A stretch of DNA of 64,000 nt, taken from NCBI GenBank assembly GCA_964016885.1, contig OZ024740.1, positions 221,216,001 to 221,280,000 of the forward strand, in the 5' to 3' direction. The notes beneath the pieces are model-generated. The model worked only from the letters and a program-made list of their open reading frames with translations, had not been told where the DNA came from and searched no databases. Position 1 is the stretch's first letter. Every line of letters begins with the position of its first letter. Positions 1-12,189 of the stretch are shown piece by piece. The translations under genes and the position numbers were made by a program. This DNA comes from Eledone cirrhosa (Eukaryota).

Positions 1-1725
1 TTCTTGGGCATATGTTTTTCCATTAAATTTGAACATATGTTCCTTAAGGGTTAATTTTATGCTGGCCCCCACCGCATGTGCAATCATTTTCTTTAGTTCA
101 TCGTGGTTTTCGGGTGTCCGTATGGCTCTGGTCTACCCTTTCCATCTATCTGTGTAGGTTTTCTTGGCCATTGAGGTAATGGTAGGTGGTCTGTCTCTTG
201 CTGGTCTTGTAGGGCACAGGTTGCTAAGGTCATATGTGTCTAGGTAATTATTACTATAGGTAAGTTTAAGTAGGAGTCCCAACTCAACATTGCTCTCACT
301 GATCATTTATACGCATTTCTCCACAGAAAAATCTACGTCAATAGATGGATACAGGGACACAACATCCATACTGCCTATTATGCAGTTTGTTAGGTCCCGA
401 GATCGGTTACTCTCGCCTATTCTGCTGAGGAGGTCCTCCGTGCTGTCACATATATCTGGGGACATTTCAATGATCGGGCGTATGATCAGGGAGAGGAAGT
501 AGGACAGTCTGTAGTTACTAGCAATGTTAGCTCCACAGACTGGCCGTGTTGGTGGTCCCGTGACAGGGTTACTGCCCGTTTTATGGTCTTTTCGAAGCCC
601 ATACAACGCTGGCACGTCATTGTTCCAGGCCTGGAAGCTGTTGGCAGTCCTTTTGTTGGGCTGCATTATATTCGTCCACATCACCATATGGGCATTGAGG
701 GCTTTTTATCTATCCTCATGCCCTTGTGGTGTTACTTCTCTTGTGTTAGTGATGTGGGGTTGCATTGCCTGGATGTAGTTTGGCAGACTGTCAACCGACA
801 TTCTGCCAGACTTGTCTGTTGGAAAGCATGCTATCTCTCCATTACGCGAGCGCTGCATGAGCTTACGCAAGCCATTTGCAGATTTTTCTCCCAGTTGCTG
901 GGCCTCCATTCTATTATGCTTCTTGCTATACTGTTCTATAATATTTCTAAGTTTAGATCTAGCTATAATGAATTGTGCTTCTGTTTGTTCATCGACCTGC
1001 GACGGCAATTGCGTGCGTTTGTTAAAAGGTAAAGTCGTGGCGTGAACTCGTCGTAGGTCGAACGACTTATCGGAGGGATTATAAAAAGTAGAGTTCCAGG
1101 CTGCTGCTTTATGTGTACTAGTGCTATTGTTATTGTTAGTTGTGTTGTTTCTATTTCTATTTCCACCAACATCCTCATGGTTGTTTCTATGTCTCTCATT
1201 ATTACTCCTGTCTCTTTCCTCTGGCTCATTGTTATTATCTACTCTATTTTGTGTATCTGTGTGTTCGTTTTGGTTATTTTCTCTGTCCATAGTCTCCCTT
1301 CTCCTTTCAATCCTAATACCTTCCCTTATTTCTGTGCTACTGTCATTACCTGTTTTCTGTGTCTGTGTGTTTGTTAAGATTGTGGTGGTGGTGAGAGGCA
1401 TTGAATGTGTGTGTGTTGTTGTTGTTGTTGTTGTTGATGTGTGCTGTTGTTGTTGTCTCCGTGTGTGTTATTATTGTTGTGTGTGTTGTTATTGTTGTTT
1501 GTGTCTGTGTGTCTGTTGTTGTTGTTTCTGAGTATGTTATTATTGTTGATGTGTGTGTTGTTGTTATTGTTGTTTGTGTCTATGTGTCTGTTGTTGTTGA
1601 GTTGTGTGTTGTATATGTCTGTGCGTATGTTGTTACTTTTGTTTATTTTTGTTTTTGAGGCTCCAACGTAATTTTGTAAATGATTTTTCTATTTCTGACA
1701 AACAATCCGTGGGATTGATACCAGT
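1..1725 (-). mobile_element. Penelope-like retroelement (Naiad-type), degenerate N-terminal region and RT N-half; runs off the left edge
   Basis: Minus ORFs 706-1401 and 307-687 give TDKSGR, LYGLRKDHK, PPTRPVCGAN, CDSTEDLL and GSMDVVSLYPSID (PLE RT motifs). EIEKSFTKLRW is read at ~1665-1700. Frameshifts and stops are present. Confidence 0.85.
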
Positions 1726-3693
1726 GAGCTGGGACTCCTACTTAAACTTACCTATAGTAATAATTACCTAGACACATATGACCTTAGCAACATGTGCCCT
1801 ACAAGACCAGCAAGAGACAGACCACCTACCATTACCTCAATGGCCAAGAAAACCCACACAGATAGATGGAACGGGTGGACCAGAGCCATACGGACACCCG
1901 AAAACCACAATGAACTAAAGAAAATGATTGCACATGCGGTGGGGGCCAGCATAAAATTAACTCTTAAGGAACATATGTTAAAATTTAATGGAAAAACATA
2001 TGCCCAAGAGGAGGGAGCAGCCATTGGTGTTAGCATTACATAGCTAACCTATTCATGGTATGGTGGGACCTTAAACTTAAACAACAATTAGAAGACCCCT
2101 TAACCCTGATAATGTACTCCCGCTACGTTGATGATATAAACATCGTAGTTAAAACACCCCCACTAGAGAACAGTCAGGAATTAGAGAAAAACACAATGGA
2201 AAGCATCCAGCAAATAGCTAACTCCATCCACCAGAGTATTAAAGTACCCAAGTAAACACCCCAACCATCGATTACCTGTACTAGACACAGAGCTCTGGTT
2301 AGATACCATTAATAACAAAAAACAAATCCTCCATTCCCATTATGCCAAACCCATGACTTCTAAATATCTGATCCACCAAAACTCAGCTGTTTCGGGCCAT
2401 ACCAAAATCAAAATACTGATTGCGGATTTGGTACGGGTGATGAGAAGCATGTCCCGCATGTGCAACCCCGAAGAACTAGAGAGATACATACAACACTTCA
2501 TCCACCATATGCAGTTCTCCGGTTACAATCAGAGTGATAAAATCAGAGTGTATAGAGGAGCCAGAACCAAATGGGAAAAAATGGTAAATAATGACACAAA
2601 TGGGACCTGCCTCTTGTATAGGAGCAAATTTTGGAATTAAATAGAAAGAACTAGGAATAAAGCTAATAGAATAAACTCATGGTATGATAGCAATAAATAC
2701 CAGAGTGTAATGTTCATCGATACAACCCCTAGAGGTGAATTAGCTTACAAATTTAGAAGGGCCCTAGATAAACATAAACTCAATATTAAGATAGTAGAAA
2801 GACCAGGTACCTCCGTAAAAACACTTATTAGCAAGACATACCCTTTTCAAAGACCACCCTGTATAGATAAGAAATGTATAACCTGTAAATTAAGCCCCCA
2901 TATTAACTGTAAAACTAGAAATGTAGTATATAGCATAAGATGTACTGAAGGACAATGTAGAGACAAAAATATAGTGTTTCATAGGTGAGACAGCTCGTAG
3001 TGTAGGGGAACGGATAAATGAACAGTGGCGAGACCTTCAAGATAGTAAAGAATCATCTGTACTCTACCAACATGCTAAAATAGAACATAAGGGTAAATTA
3101 GAGAACATAGAAATAAAAATAGAATCTACACACAGAAAAGACGCAATGTTTAGACAAATCACAGAGGCAATAAACATAAAAGAATTACAACCAAAATTAA
3201 ATAGAATACATGAGTGGAACAGCAACATCACAACTTACAATTAAGGACAAAATGAAAACACACACGCACATAGAACAAACAACCAACCTGTAACATGTAA
3301 ATAAACAAATAAATAAACGAATACAAACACACACAGATACCCGGATGTGGGGCATGCGCAGACTGAGCACACAACACACACAGAAACAAGATGGCGTAGG
3401 ACAGAACAAAGGAGAGGCACAAAAACAAAGAAAAGAATCCCCAGTCACTGAAGAGGTCACAGAATGTGTGACGAAAGAACTTTGACAATATATAAACAAC
3501 CATTTGGTTGTGGAACCAACCAACAACCGGAAATTTATAAATTCCTAAATTTATAAATTTATTATAATAAATAGAAGTGAAAGCAACTGGTGCGTGTATT
3601 GCTTATTGGCAACATGACCCTCCCAAAGTATAACAATATCGGTTTCAACACACGTTTTCAGATAAAGAATCTTGCTAAACAAATTCAGACACG

Positions 3694-3700
<7 letters not shown>
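1726..3700 (+). mobile_element. 5'-truncated Penelope-like (Naiad-type) element: RT C-half, Cys linker, GIY-YIG endonuclease, 3' pLTR
   Basis: Reads QEEGAAIG, MVWWD, RYVDD (2055-2255) and CxxC..NVVYSIRC, then after a frameshift near 2980 FIGETARSVGERINE..HAKIEH..RQITEAINI..LNRIHEW, stopping at ~3244. Broken by stops and frameshifts. Confidence 0.88.
3444..3486 (+). ncRNA. Minimal type-I hammerhead ribozyme motif in the PLE pLTR
   Basis: gtca-CTGAAGA-g-gtcac(agaatgt)gtgac-GAAA-gaac-TT-tgac: core boxes, stem I gtca/tgac, stem II gtcac/gtgac, very short stem III. Confidence 0.75.
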
Positions 3701-3738
<38 letters not shown>

Positions 3739-3974
3739 CAAAAATAAATGTAGGAGAAGGCAATACATATATAAACAAAATTTACTCCTTACACAGTGTT
3801 TCGTCTAAGCCTTAGACTCTAAGGTATGATATCAATATAACAGGTCTATATATATATGTGCGTATGCATACATATTATTATAAAGAATATGTTCTTAGAA
3901 TCTTCAGAGAAGAAGCATTATTGTCTTTAATGATGTTGCTGGGGGGCAGTCCAATCTATACAATCTTCGTTTTT

Positions 3975-4450
3975 GAATTTGTTTTGCAAGATTTCTTATC
4001 TGAAAACGTGTGTTGAAACAGATGTTGTTATACTTTGGGAGGGTCATGCTGCCAATAAAAACACACGCACCTTTTGTTTATCACTTCAACTTATTATAAA
4101 TTTCCGGTTGAGTTGGTTGGTTCGATAACCGGATGTTTGTTTATATATATTGTCAAATATTGTCAAAGCTGTTTCGTCACACATTATGTGACCTCCTCAA
4201 TGGTTGGATTTTTATTTTGTCACAACACACAAAAACAAGATGGTGTAGGATAGAACGAAGGAGTGACACAAAATAAAAACCCAGTCATTGAGGAGGTTAC
4301 CGAATGTGTGGCGAAAGAGCTTTGACAATATATAAACAACCATTCTGTTATCGGACCAATCAACCAACTGGAAATTTATAATTAATTAAAGTGAAACTAA
4401 CAAGTGCGTGTGTTTTTACTGGCAGCATGACCGTCCCTAAGTATAACAAT
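3975..4450. repeat. Inverted plus direct pair of diverged PLE pLTR copies (palindrome centred ~4225)
   Basis: 3975-4220 is the reverse complement of 3440-3685; 4225-4450 is a direct copy of 3372-3640. Both hammerhead cores are mutated to TTGAGGA. Confidence 0.8.
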
Positions 4451-4544
4451 ACACACACACACACACACACACACATACACACACACACACACACGCACAC
4501 ACATACATATATATATATACTATATATGTGTGTGTGTGTGTGTG

Positions 4545-4628
4545 TGATGGCTGCAAACTCTGCTAAGAGTATTGCAATCGCTTGTCAGATTACAGAAAAT
4601 GGTGCACTTTTAGACTACACGAACCTGT
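4545..4628 (-). mobile_element. 3' tail fragment of the RTE-derived non-autonomous element
   Basis: Reverse complement of ctgacaagcgattgcaatactcttagcagagtttgcagccatca, also seen at 15702-15746 and 63922-63964. Confidence 0.7.
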
Positions 4629-4644
4629 AACAGATCCAGAACAA

Positions 4645-5058
4645 ACAACATCTCAACTTACAATTAAGGACAAAATGAAAACACACACGCACATATAACA
4701 AACAACCAACCTGTGACATGTAAATAAACAAATAAATAAACGAATACAAACACACACAGACACCCGGATGTGGCGCATGTGCAGACTGAGCACACAACAC
4801 ACAGAAACAAGATGGCGTAGGACAGAACAAAGGAGAGGCACAAAAACAAAGAAAAGAATCCCCAGTCACTGAAGAGGTCACATAATGTGTGACGAAAGAA
4901 CTTTGACAATATATAAACCACCATCTGGTTGTGGAACCAACCAACCAACCGGAAACTTATAAATTCCTAAATTCCTAAATTTATTATAATAAATTGTAGT
5001 GAAACATCTGGTGCGTGTGTTTCTTATTGGCAACATGACCCTCCCAAAGTATAACAAT
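4645..5058 (+). repeat. Direct copy of the PLE pLTR with an intact hammerhead core at 4865-4907
   Basis: Near-identical to 3223-3638; reads gtca-CTGAAGA-ggtcacataatgtgtgac-GAAA-gaactt-tgac. Confidence 0.85.
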
Positions 5059-5235
5059 ATATATACAAGGGATAACAAAATATCGTTATAGGTAATCCAG
5101 TTAGAGGTTGTGAATACTTCTTATTATAGATAAGCGTACGGCGTTGTTTGACTCAACAAGAGGTTTACGTAGATGACGAGTTTGTGATTTAACTTGTATT
5201 CTTATGTAAGTTTATCTTGGAGTAATAAAATTGAA

Positions 5236-5507
5236 AAAGTGAAGAATAACATGGTCAACAGTACAAAAAAGGGGGAATTTATTTACAGTCTAACAATTGT
5301 TTTTCTGATTAAGTTGTCTAAAGATTGCTGAACACTAGAAGCAGTGGCACTAAATTTTAAATACGATTGAGTTAGCATCATATTTAAAATTGAGTGCCAC
5401 TGCTTCTAGTGTTCAGCAATTTTTAGACAACTGAGTCAGAGAAACAATTGTTAGACTGTAAATAAATTGGCCTTTTTGGTACTGTTGACCATGTTATTCT
5501 TCACTTT
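5236..5507. repeat. Long imperfect palindrome (MITE-like or fold-back) adjacent to (TA)n
   Basis: aaagtgaagaataacatggtcaacagtac...gtactgttgaccatgttattcttcacttt; arms ~125 bp. Confidence 0.8.
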
Positions 5508-5508
5508 A

Positions 5509-5655
<147 letters not shown>

Positions 5656-5778
5656 TTTTCCTACTACATCAAATGTTAAACTAATCTATTCTTTCATTGT
5701 ACTGTGTCGTTTGCTTTATTATTTCTTTTATTTAATTTTTCAGGGTAGTACTCTATGCTCGGGAAGAAGTAGAGTGGG

Positions 5779-5928
5779 TATAGAGAAAGGTATATCTTCG
5801 ACCGCAACAGTTAGCGGTTTCAACTTGTATTCAGCAAGCCTTTCCAAGGTTGTACTCCATTAAAAGGGGTTGCCGAATACAAGCTGAAATCGCTAGGCAT
5901 CGTGGTCAGGTTTATACCTTCCTTTATA
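5779..5928. repeat. Imperfect palindrome
   Basis: tagcggtttcaacttgtattcagcaagcc / ggttgccgaatacaagctgaaatcgcta, with outer aaggtata/tatacctt. Confidence 0.65.
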
Positions 5929-6161
5929 TATATATACAGAGATTACAAAAATCAAAGTTCAGTTTAAGTCATTTATTTGCTTACAATTGTTTCCTCCAAA
6001 CCGAGGTTTGGATTCTTCGGAGCAACTATTTACTGATCTATAACATACTTGACCTCCTTTTCAACCCAAGAGACATATAAAACATATGCGCATATTGATC
6101 AACAGTGGGGTGACATTCATAAAATGATATAGCATGGCAATTTACATATACAGGTTACAGG

Positions 6162-6450
6162 ATAAAAATAAAAATAAAAATAAAAATAAAAATAAAAATA
6201 AAAATAAAAATAAAAATAAAAATAAAAATAAAAATAAAAATAAAAATAAAAATAAAAATAAAAATAAAAATAAAAATAAAAATAAAAATAAAAATAAAAA
6301 TAAAAATAAAAATAAAAATAAAAATAAAAATAAAAATAAAAATAAAAATAAAAATAAAAATAAAAATAAAAATAAAAATAAAAATAAAAATAAAAATAAA
6401 AATAAAAATAAAAATAAAAATAAAAATAAAAACAAAAATGAAAATAAAGA
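6162..6450. repeat. (AAAAAT)n hexanucleotide microsatellite
   Basis: Direct inspection. Confidence 0.97.
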
Positions 6451-7843
6451 TAAACATGAAGCGTTGGCAGTCTATGAAGATAAAGCAAGAGGAAAGTTTA
6501 GAGTAGTCTGTGTATGAAACAATCTCACGTGTAGCATGGACGCATGTCTTATTTATACATGATTAGAGTGCGTCAGAATGATATTTGCAGGGTCAGGCAG
6601 TTGAAGCAGGCAATCGATCTTATTATGTGGGCTGAATTATTAAGTCATTTATACGCATACATCTGTATGATATACAGTCCCGGATGCAGGGAAACACCAA
6701 AATATCAGAAACTTTCAACATACTATAAACCTTATTGTATCGTAGGCAAAGCCGTACCACTGTCTTCGCTCACCACTCACATAATCCATGAGACGCAATA
6801 TATAGAACACGTGTCTATCGTATAACTCACGATGGTTCGGCATATAATCAAGTTATATACCGTATCTAGTCGATTCTTAATTAATAGATCATGCTGTCTA
6901 GATTCCGGAAGTGTCTGAATGACTAAGGGGAGTTAAAGCGTAAGGGGAGGTAACTAGCTAGTTATCTTAGTTAAATTATTATCCTAAACTACATTAATGG
7001 TGATTCAAATACGTGCCTATCATATGAAGTTATAACTAATTTCTAGAGTATGTTTCCCATTTATAGGTTAGAGAGTTGTCCAATATGAAGTACAAGGGTG
7101 TATATATTAGGGTGATTACCATCCATTAAGGGGTGTCATATCTGAACATTCTATAAGAGGAGTCAGACTCTCAAATCACTGCTCCATGCAAATGTAATAT
7201 AATACAACAATAGGACCTGGTATGGTCCCACTATTATATATGCCCCCCCGGTAGGCTCGGGTCATTGCATGTCTGAATCTCCGGTAAATCTGAATACCTT
7301 CGGGGTGGTCCGGAGATCTAATTTCTCACACAAGGGCACTAGTCTGGTCATCAAGCAATAGACAACCCCCATCTCATATATAATCAATTAGGTATCGCAT
7401 CTACAAGTTAGAGTGGAGTCTATTAATAGGTACTAAAGGAGTTCATATGATGATTACAATCTGGAGATTAAATCTCTCATACCAGGACACCTGACTGGCC
7501 ACCAAGCAATACATAAACTCGCATCCCACATATAGATCAGGTATCCCATCCACAAGTTAGAGTGGAGTCCAGTAACAAGAACTAATGGAGTTCATATCAT
7601 GAAGACTACAATCCGACATGGGGTGCCACACCTGGCCAATCCATAAGAAGAGTCAGACTACTCTTAGTACGGCTGTTACTTAAATATAAGTATGTACACG
7701 TACATACATATATGTATACAGACACACCGAGCATTATAATAAATGTTCGGTGAATCCATACGTACATATATATATGTGTGCATGTATGTATATATATATA
7801 TACATACTACTGTACGTCTGTATACATATATGTATGTACGTGT

Positions 7844-7909
<66 letters not shown>

Positions 7910-7916
7910 TATTTGA

Positions 7917-8084
7917 TAATTGTTTCTACTTTAGGCACAAGGCCAGCAATTACCCAGTTCATTACTGGTACTTTATTTTATCGACCCCGTAAGGATGAAA
8001 GGCAAAGTCAACCTTGGCGGGATTTGAACTCAGATCGTAAAGGGACGTAACTATGCTGGAAAGCATGGCGTCCGACCCTCTACC
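7917..8084 (-). mobile_element. tRNA-derived SINE (dominant family in the window)
   Basis: Reverse complement of the head with B-box gttcaaatccc, core actttgcctttcatccttacggggtcgataaaataaagtaccag and tail gctggccttgtgcctaaagtagaaacaatt. Confidence 0.88.
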
Positions 8085-8211
8085 TTTGATAATACTGTAT
8101 GTTTATTTAAAAACATTTTGAAGACCATTCGCTATGAGTTTTAAAGTAGTGACTATGTCACTAACTTGGTCTCGGCAAAAGCAAAGGGAAGCAACCGATG
8201 GCCGTTTCTCG

Positions 8212-8366
8212 CTCCTTAGCGGTTATCAAGATTGCATATCCCTTCGCTTCTGTCGTGAATTATAGAAGCTAGATTCTTTAAACATCACTGGAATTCTATA
8301 AGAATCCAGCTTCTATAAATCTCGGCAGAAGCGAAGGGATTTGCAATCTTGATAACCTCTAAGGAG
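8212..8366. repeat. Imperfect palindrome next to (TA)n
   Basis: ctccttagcggttatcaagattgcatatcccttcgcttctg / cagaagcgaagggatttgcaatcttgataacctctaaggag. Confidence 0.8.
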
Positions 8367-8460
8367 TGGGTATCAAGATTGTATGTGTATATGTATACAT
8401 ATATTATGTATATATATATATATATATATATTTATACCCCCCACCCACCCACCCCAACCC

Positions 8461-8546
<86 letters not shown>

Positions 8547-9151
8547 TGTATATATAATATTCGGGATATGGTTGCGTGTGTATTTTCTTACTTACTGAAA
8601 TTCGTATTAGCCCAAACACAATCCTAAATGTTAAATTTCAGATTTAGAAGAATGTAAAGTTCTGTGCTTCTGCTGTCTCCATAATGGCGAGCTTCTGTAA
8701 CATACGAAGCTGTTCTCGTGGAATTTTGCTGATTTCATTTGATGCTTTCATGTTCAGTATCTATTCACGCAATCGCCCTATTATTTTCAGGAAGTTTTCT
8801 TTTGTGGCTGGTTATTACGCGTTTATCAGGACACAAAAGCGGTTACAAGAATTCTCCATTCATTCGTAAACACAGAAAAACTAACTTAAGAATGAAAATA
8901 AAGATGATTAGGAATTGTGAATGGTAGACACTGTCAATATCAATAGAAAATTATTTTGATCGTATTAATAGAATGTAAAGAGGGTGGTGGAAGGTAAATA
9001 ATAGTGAGGTGGACAGTAGTGGGGTAGACAATAGTGAAGCAGGCAGGGTGGAATGCTGGATTAATGTTTTACGATGTTTATTTTATGTCGCTCCACATAT
9101 GAGTTCAAATTTCGCCGAAGTTGAATTTCTCTTTCTTACAACATTCTAGAT

Positions 9152-10171
9152 TAGCGATTTTCAACCTTTTTATCCTGTGGAACCCTTGAAATAGTTTTTA
9201 TGTCTCTGGGAACCCCTGCATAATAATTATTATATACCATTGGTGAATTGGCAGTATCGGTAGAGGGTCGGACGCTATGCTTTCCAGCATAGTTACGTCC
9301 CTTTACGGTCTGAGTTCAAATCCCGTCGAGGTTAACTTTGCCTTTCATCCTTACCGGGTCGATAAAATAAAGTACCAGTAATGAACTGGGTAATTGCTGG
9401 CCTTGTGCCAAAAGTAGAAGCAATTATTAAAATCTACCAAGGGCGGATGATTGGCAGTAAGGGCGGGTGATTGGCAGTATTAGTAGAGCGCCGGACAACA
9501 TGCTTCTCGGCATAGAGTTACGGCCCTTTACGTTCTGAGTTCGAATCCCGCCGAGGTTAACTTTGTGCGTATGTTTATGTATGTGAAAACACGGAAACAA
9601 AGATCTCATGCATACACGTCTCGTACGGCGAAAGATTGACTGTATCGGAAGAGGGTCGGACGCCATGCTTTGCAGCATAGAGTTACGGCCCTTTATGATC
9701 TGAGTTCAAATCCCGCCGAGGTTAACTTTGCCTTTCATCCTTACGGGGTCGATAAAATAAAGCACCAGTAACGTACTGGGGTCGATTTAATCTATATTCC
9801 CCTCCTCGAAAATTGCTGGCCTTGTGCCTATATAAGAAACCATTATTAAAATCTATCTCTTTTATATCTTTATTGTTGTTCACGTGGTAAACATATTTTT
9901 CGGATAATCGGCTTTGACCCTTTTCTTGTCAAATTTATGGACAATGCAAAAAAGGAAAATGATACTGCTCCTTTATGAGACCTGACACTGAGGTTTTCAC
10001 TCACCCAAAAATCTGCAAACACTCACATACATACAAATAAAATTACGAATATAAAATAAAACAAATATTACTCAAAAATGCACTTGCTTATTTATCACGG
10101 TTTCTCGCGGAAACCCTAGTGACTCCTTGAAGAACCCTAGGGTTCCGGGAAACACCGGTTGAGAAGCGCTG
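9152..10171. mobile_element. Non-autonomous hAT (Charlie-type) element containing three SINE insertions (~9240-9428, 9436-9566, 9635-9850)
   Basis: TIRs tagcgattttcaacc / ggttgagaagcgctg; 8-bp TSD ttctagat at 9144-9151 and 10172-10179, matching the NTCTAGAN Charlie target preference. Confidence 0.85.
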
Positions 10172-11381
10172 TTCTAGATCAATTAACTAAATAGCAGTAA
10201 TATAATGGTTTGGAGAGACCATTGCGGTTTACGTTCTTGATTTTTACATTATGAGTTCAAATCCCGTCGAGGTTACGTTTGCCTTTCATCCTTCTTGGTA
10301 GATGATATTAATACCAGTGACGTACTGGGGCGATTTAATCAACTTTACTCTCCCTCAAATGTGCTGGCCTTGTGCATAAATAAGAAATCAATTATATCAT
10401 ATGATTCAGTGCACTCAATTATAACTCTTTCCTATAAATAAATGACTTTGAGACGATGTGAGGGAATTACATTAACGCGAAGTGGTGTAAATGCTAAAGT
10501 ATCTTGTAGTGTTTAGTTTGGTTCCTCACTAAATTCGGAATTCTAGCCCCATCCGGCCTTTATTCTACCAATAGCCCTTTCTATCTAAATGGATCTTCCA
10601 TTGACTCCCTGCTACAATTACTCCCCTCATATTTAGATTGTTATACGGTGATAATAATGGAAAGTGAGAATTATTTATATCATGAAGAAGTGTGAATGCC
10701 TATTAGCATGTACACATGTTTTTAACAATTAGTTGAAATTTTAAACTTAGCACAAAGTAAATACCCCACCAAATACATTTGGAGACATCCAGGAGTACGC
10801 AGGCCCCAAAGGGAGAACCGCTGGTTTTACAGCCTTAAATTTGAAAGGAAGAGGCGGGTATTGGTCAGGAGAGTTAAAATCTCATGATACTTTTTCACTC
10901 GTTAGCTTTATAAAATTTATATTTAGTAATAATCTCACCCCAATCAACACTATTAACACTAATTAACAAATTGGACCTAATTATTATTAAAAAGTATCAT
11001 TATTTTCACAATTTTGTAGGACTTCTTTATTTTATAATAAATTTTGAATATTAATTATAAGATTTAATTATAGTTGTTTCTATTACATCGGAGGGCATTT
11101 TATTGCCTATTATGTCGCTTATCGTATTTGCAATTATTTAAAAACTTTATTAATCTTCATATCATTTTGATACACACATACACGCATGCATACACTGATA
11201 TCACACAAATGATAGCACACGCACATGTATATATATATATATGCAAATAAGATTGTTAATTGTCCTATCCCGTAAACAAAAAAACCAAAAAAAAAACAAA
11301 AAAAAAAAAAAAATACCGTTAACCAATCGCTGACCTCAGCTAAAAAATACTGCTCAACCATCCACAAACCTGCATCAGCCA

Positions 11382-11453
<72 letters not shown>

Positions 11454-12096
11454 ATAGTAATAATAATAAATTTGAAGACTAAAATCCAAAGAGGGCTTGA
11501 TAAGGATAAATATATATCATGTATATAAGAAACGTAGAGCAAATATTTATTAAAATACCAGATTAAAGTTTAAGTAAAGAATCGCTGCTTTCACCCTTAA
11601 CGGGATCTTCTGAAACTAAAAATATCAATCTGTGAACGCAGAAGTAAATATTTCGGAAAACGTTGCAACCGAAGGAAGACAGGAAGACGATACTTCGGTT
11701 CGTGGAAACGATAAATACGTATTTAACGCCCGCACACACATACCTACATGTAAATACACATCAGTTCGCTAAACGTACGTCAACCAAAACACAAAGTACA
11801 CATATACATACACCCTACATACGTACGAACCCGCATACTCACACAGGTGCAAAACTCGCGTATACACATAACCATATGCACATGTACTGTATATATAATA
11901 TAATATATACGCCAATAACATATACAAGCAAATATACGTACCTTCACAAAACATACAGGTAATATATACTAACCTATACAAATAAGTAATGGTATAAACA
12001 TAACATATACTTAGCTACCACATCAAGACGTAACATATCCGCGTATAGTTTGTACTATCCGTTAGGGTATAATGTGGATATGTATATATATGTATG

Positions 12097-12189
<93 letters not shown>

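Noticed and set aside
2980-2990. In-frame TGA as selenocysteine, as reported for some Naiad elements
   Set aside because: The GIY-YIG (FIGETAR) continues in another frame, so this is a frameshift rather than read-through.
6117-6517. Low-complexity ORFs (KN, YI, HT, VC, poly-T/P/H repeats) here and elsewhere
   Set aside because: These are translations of microsatellites.
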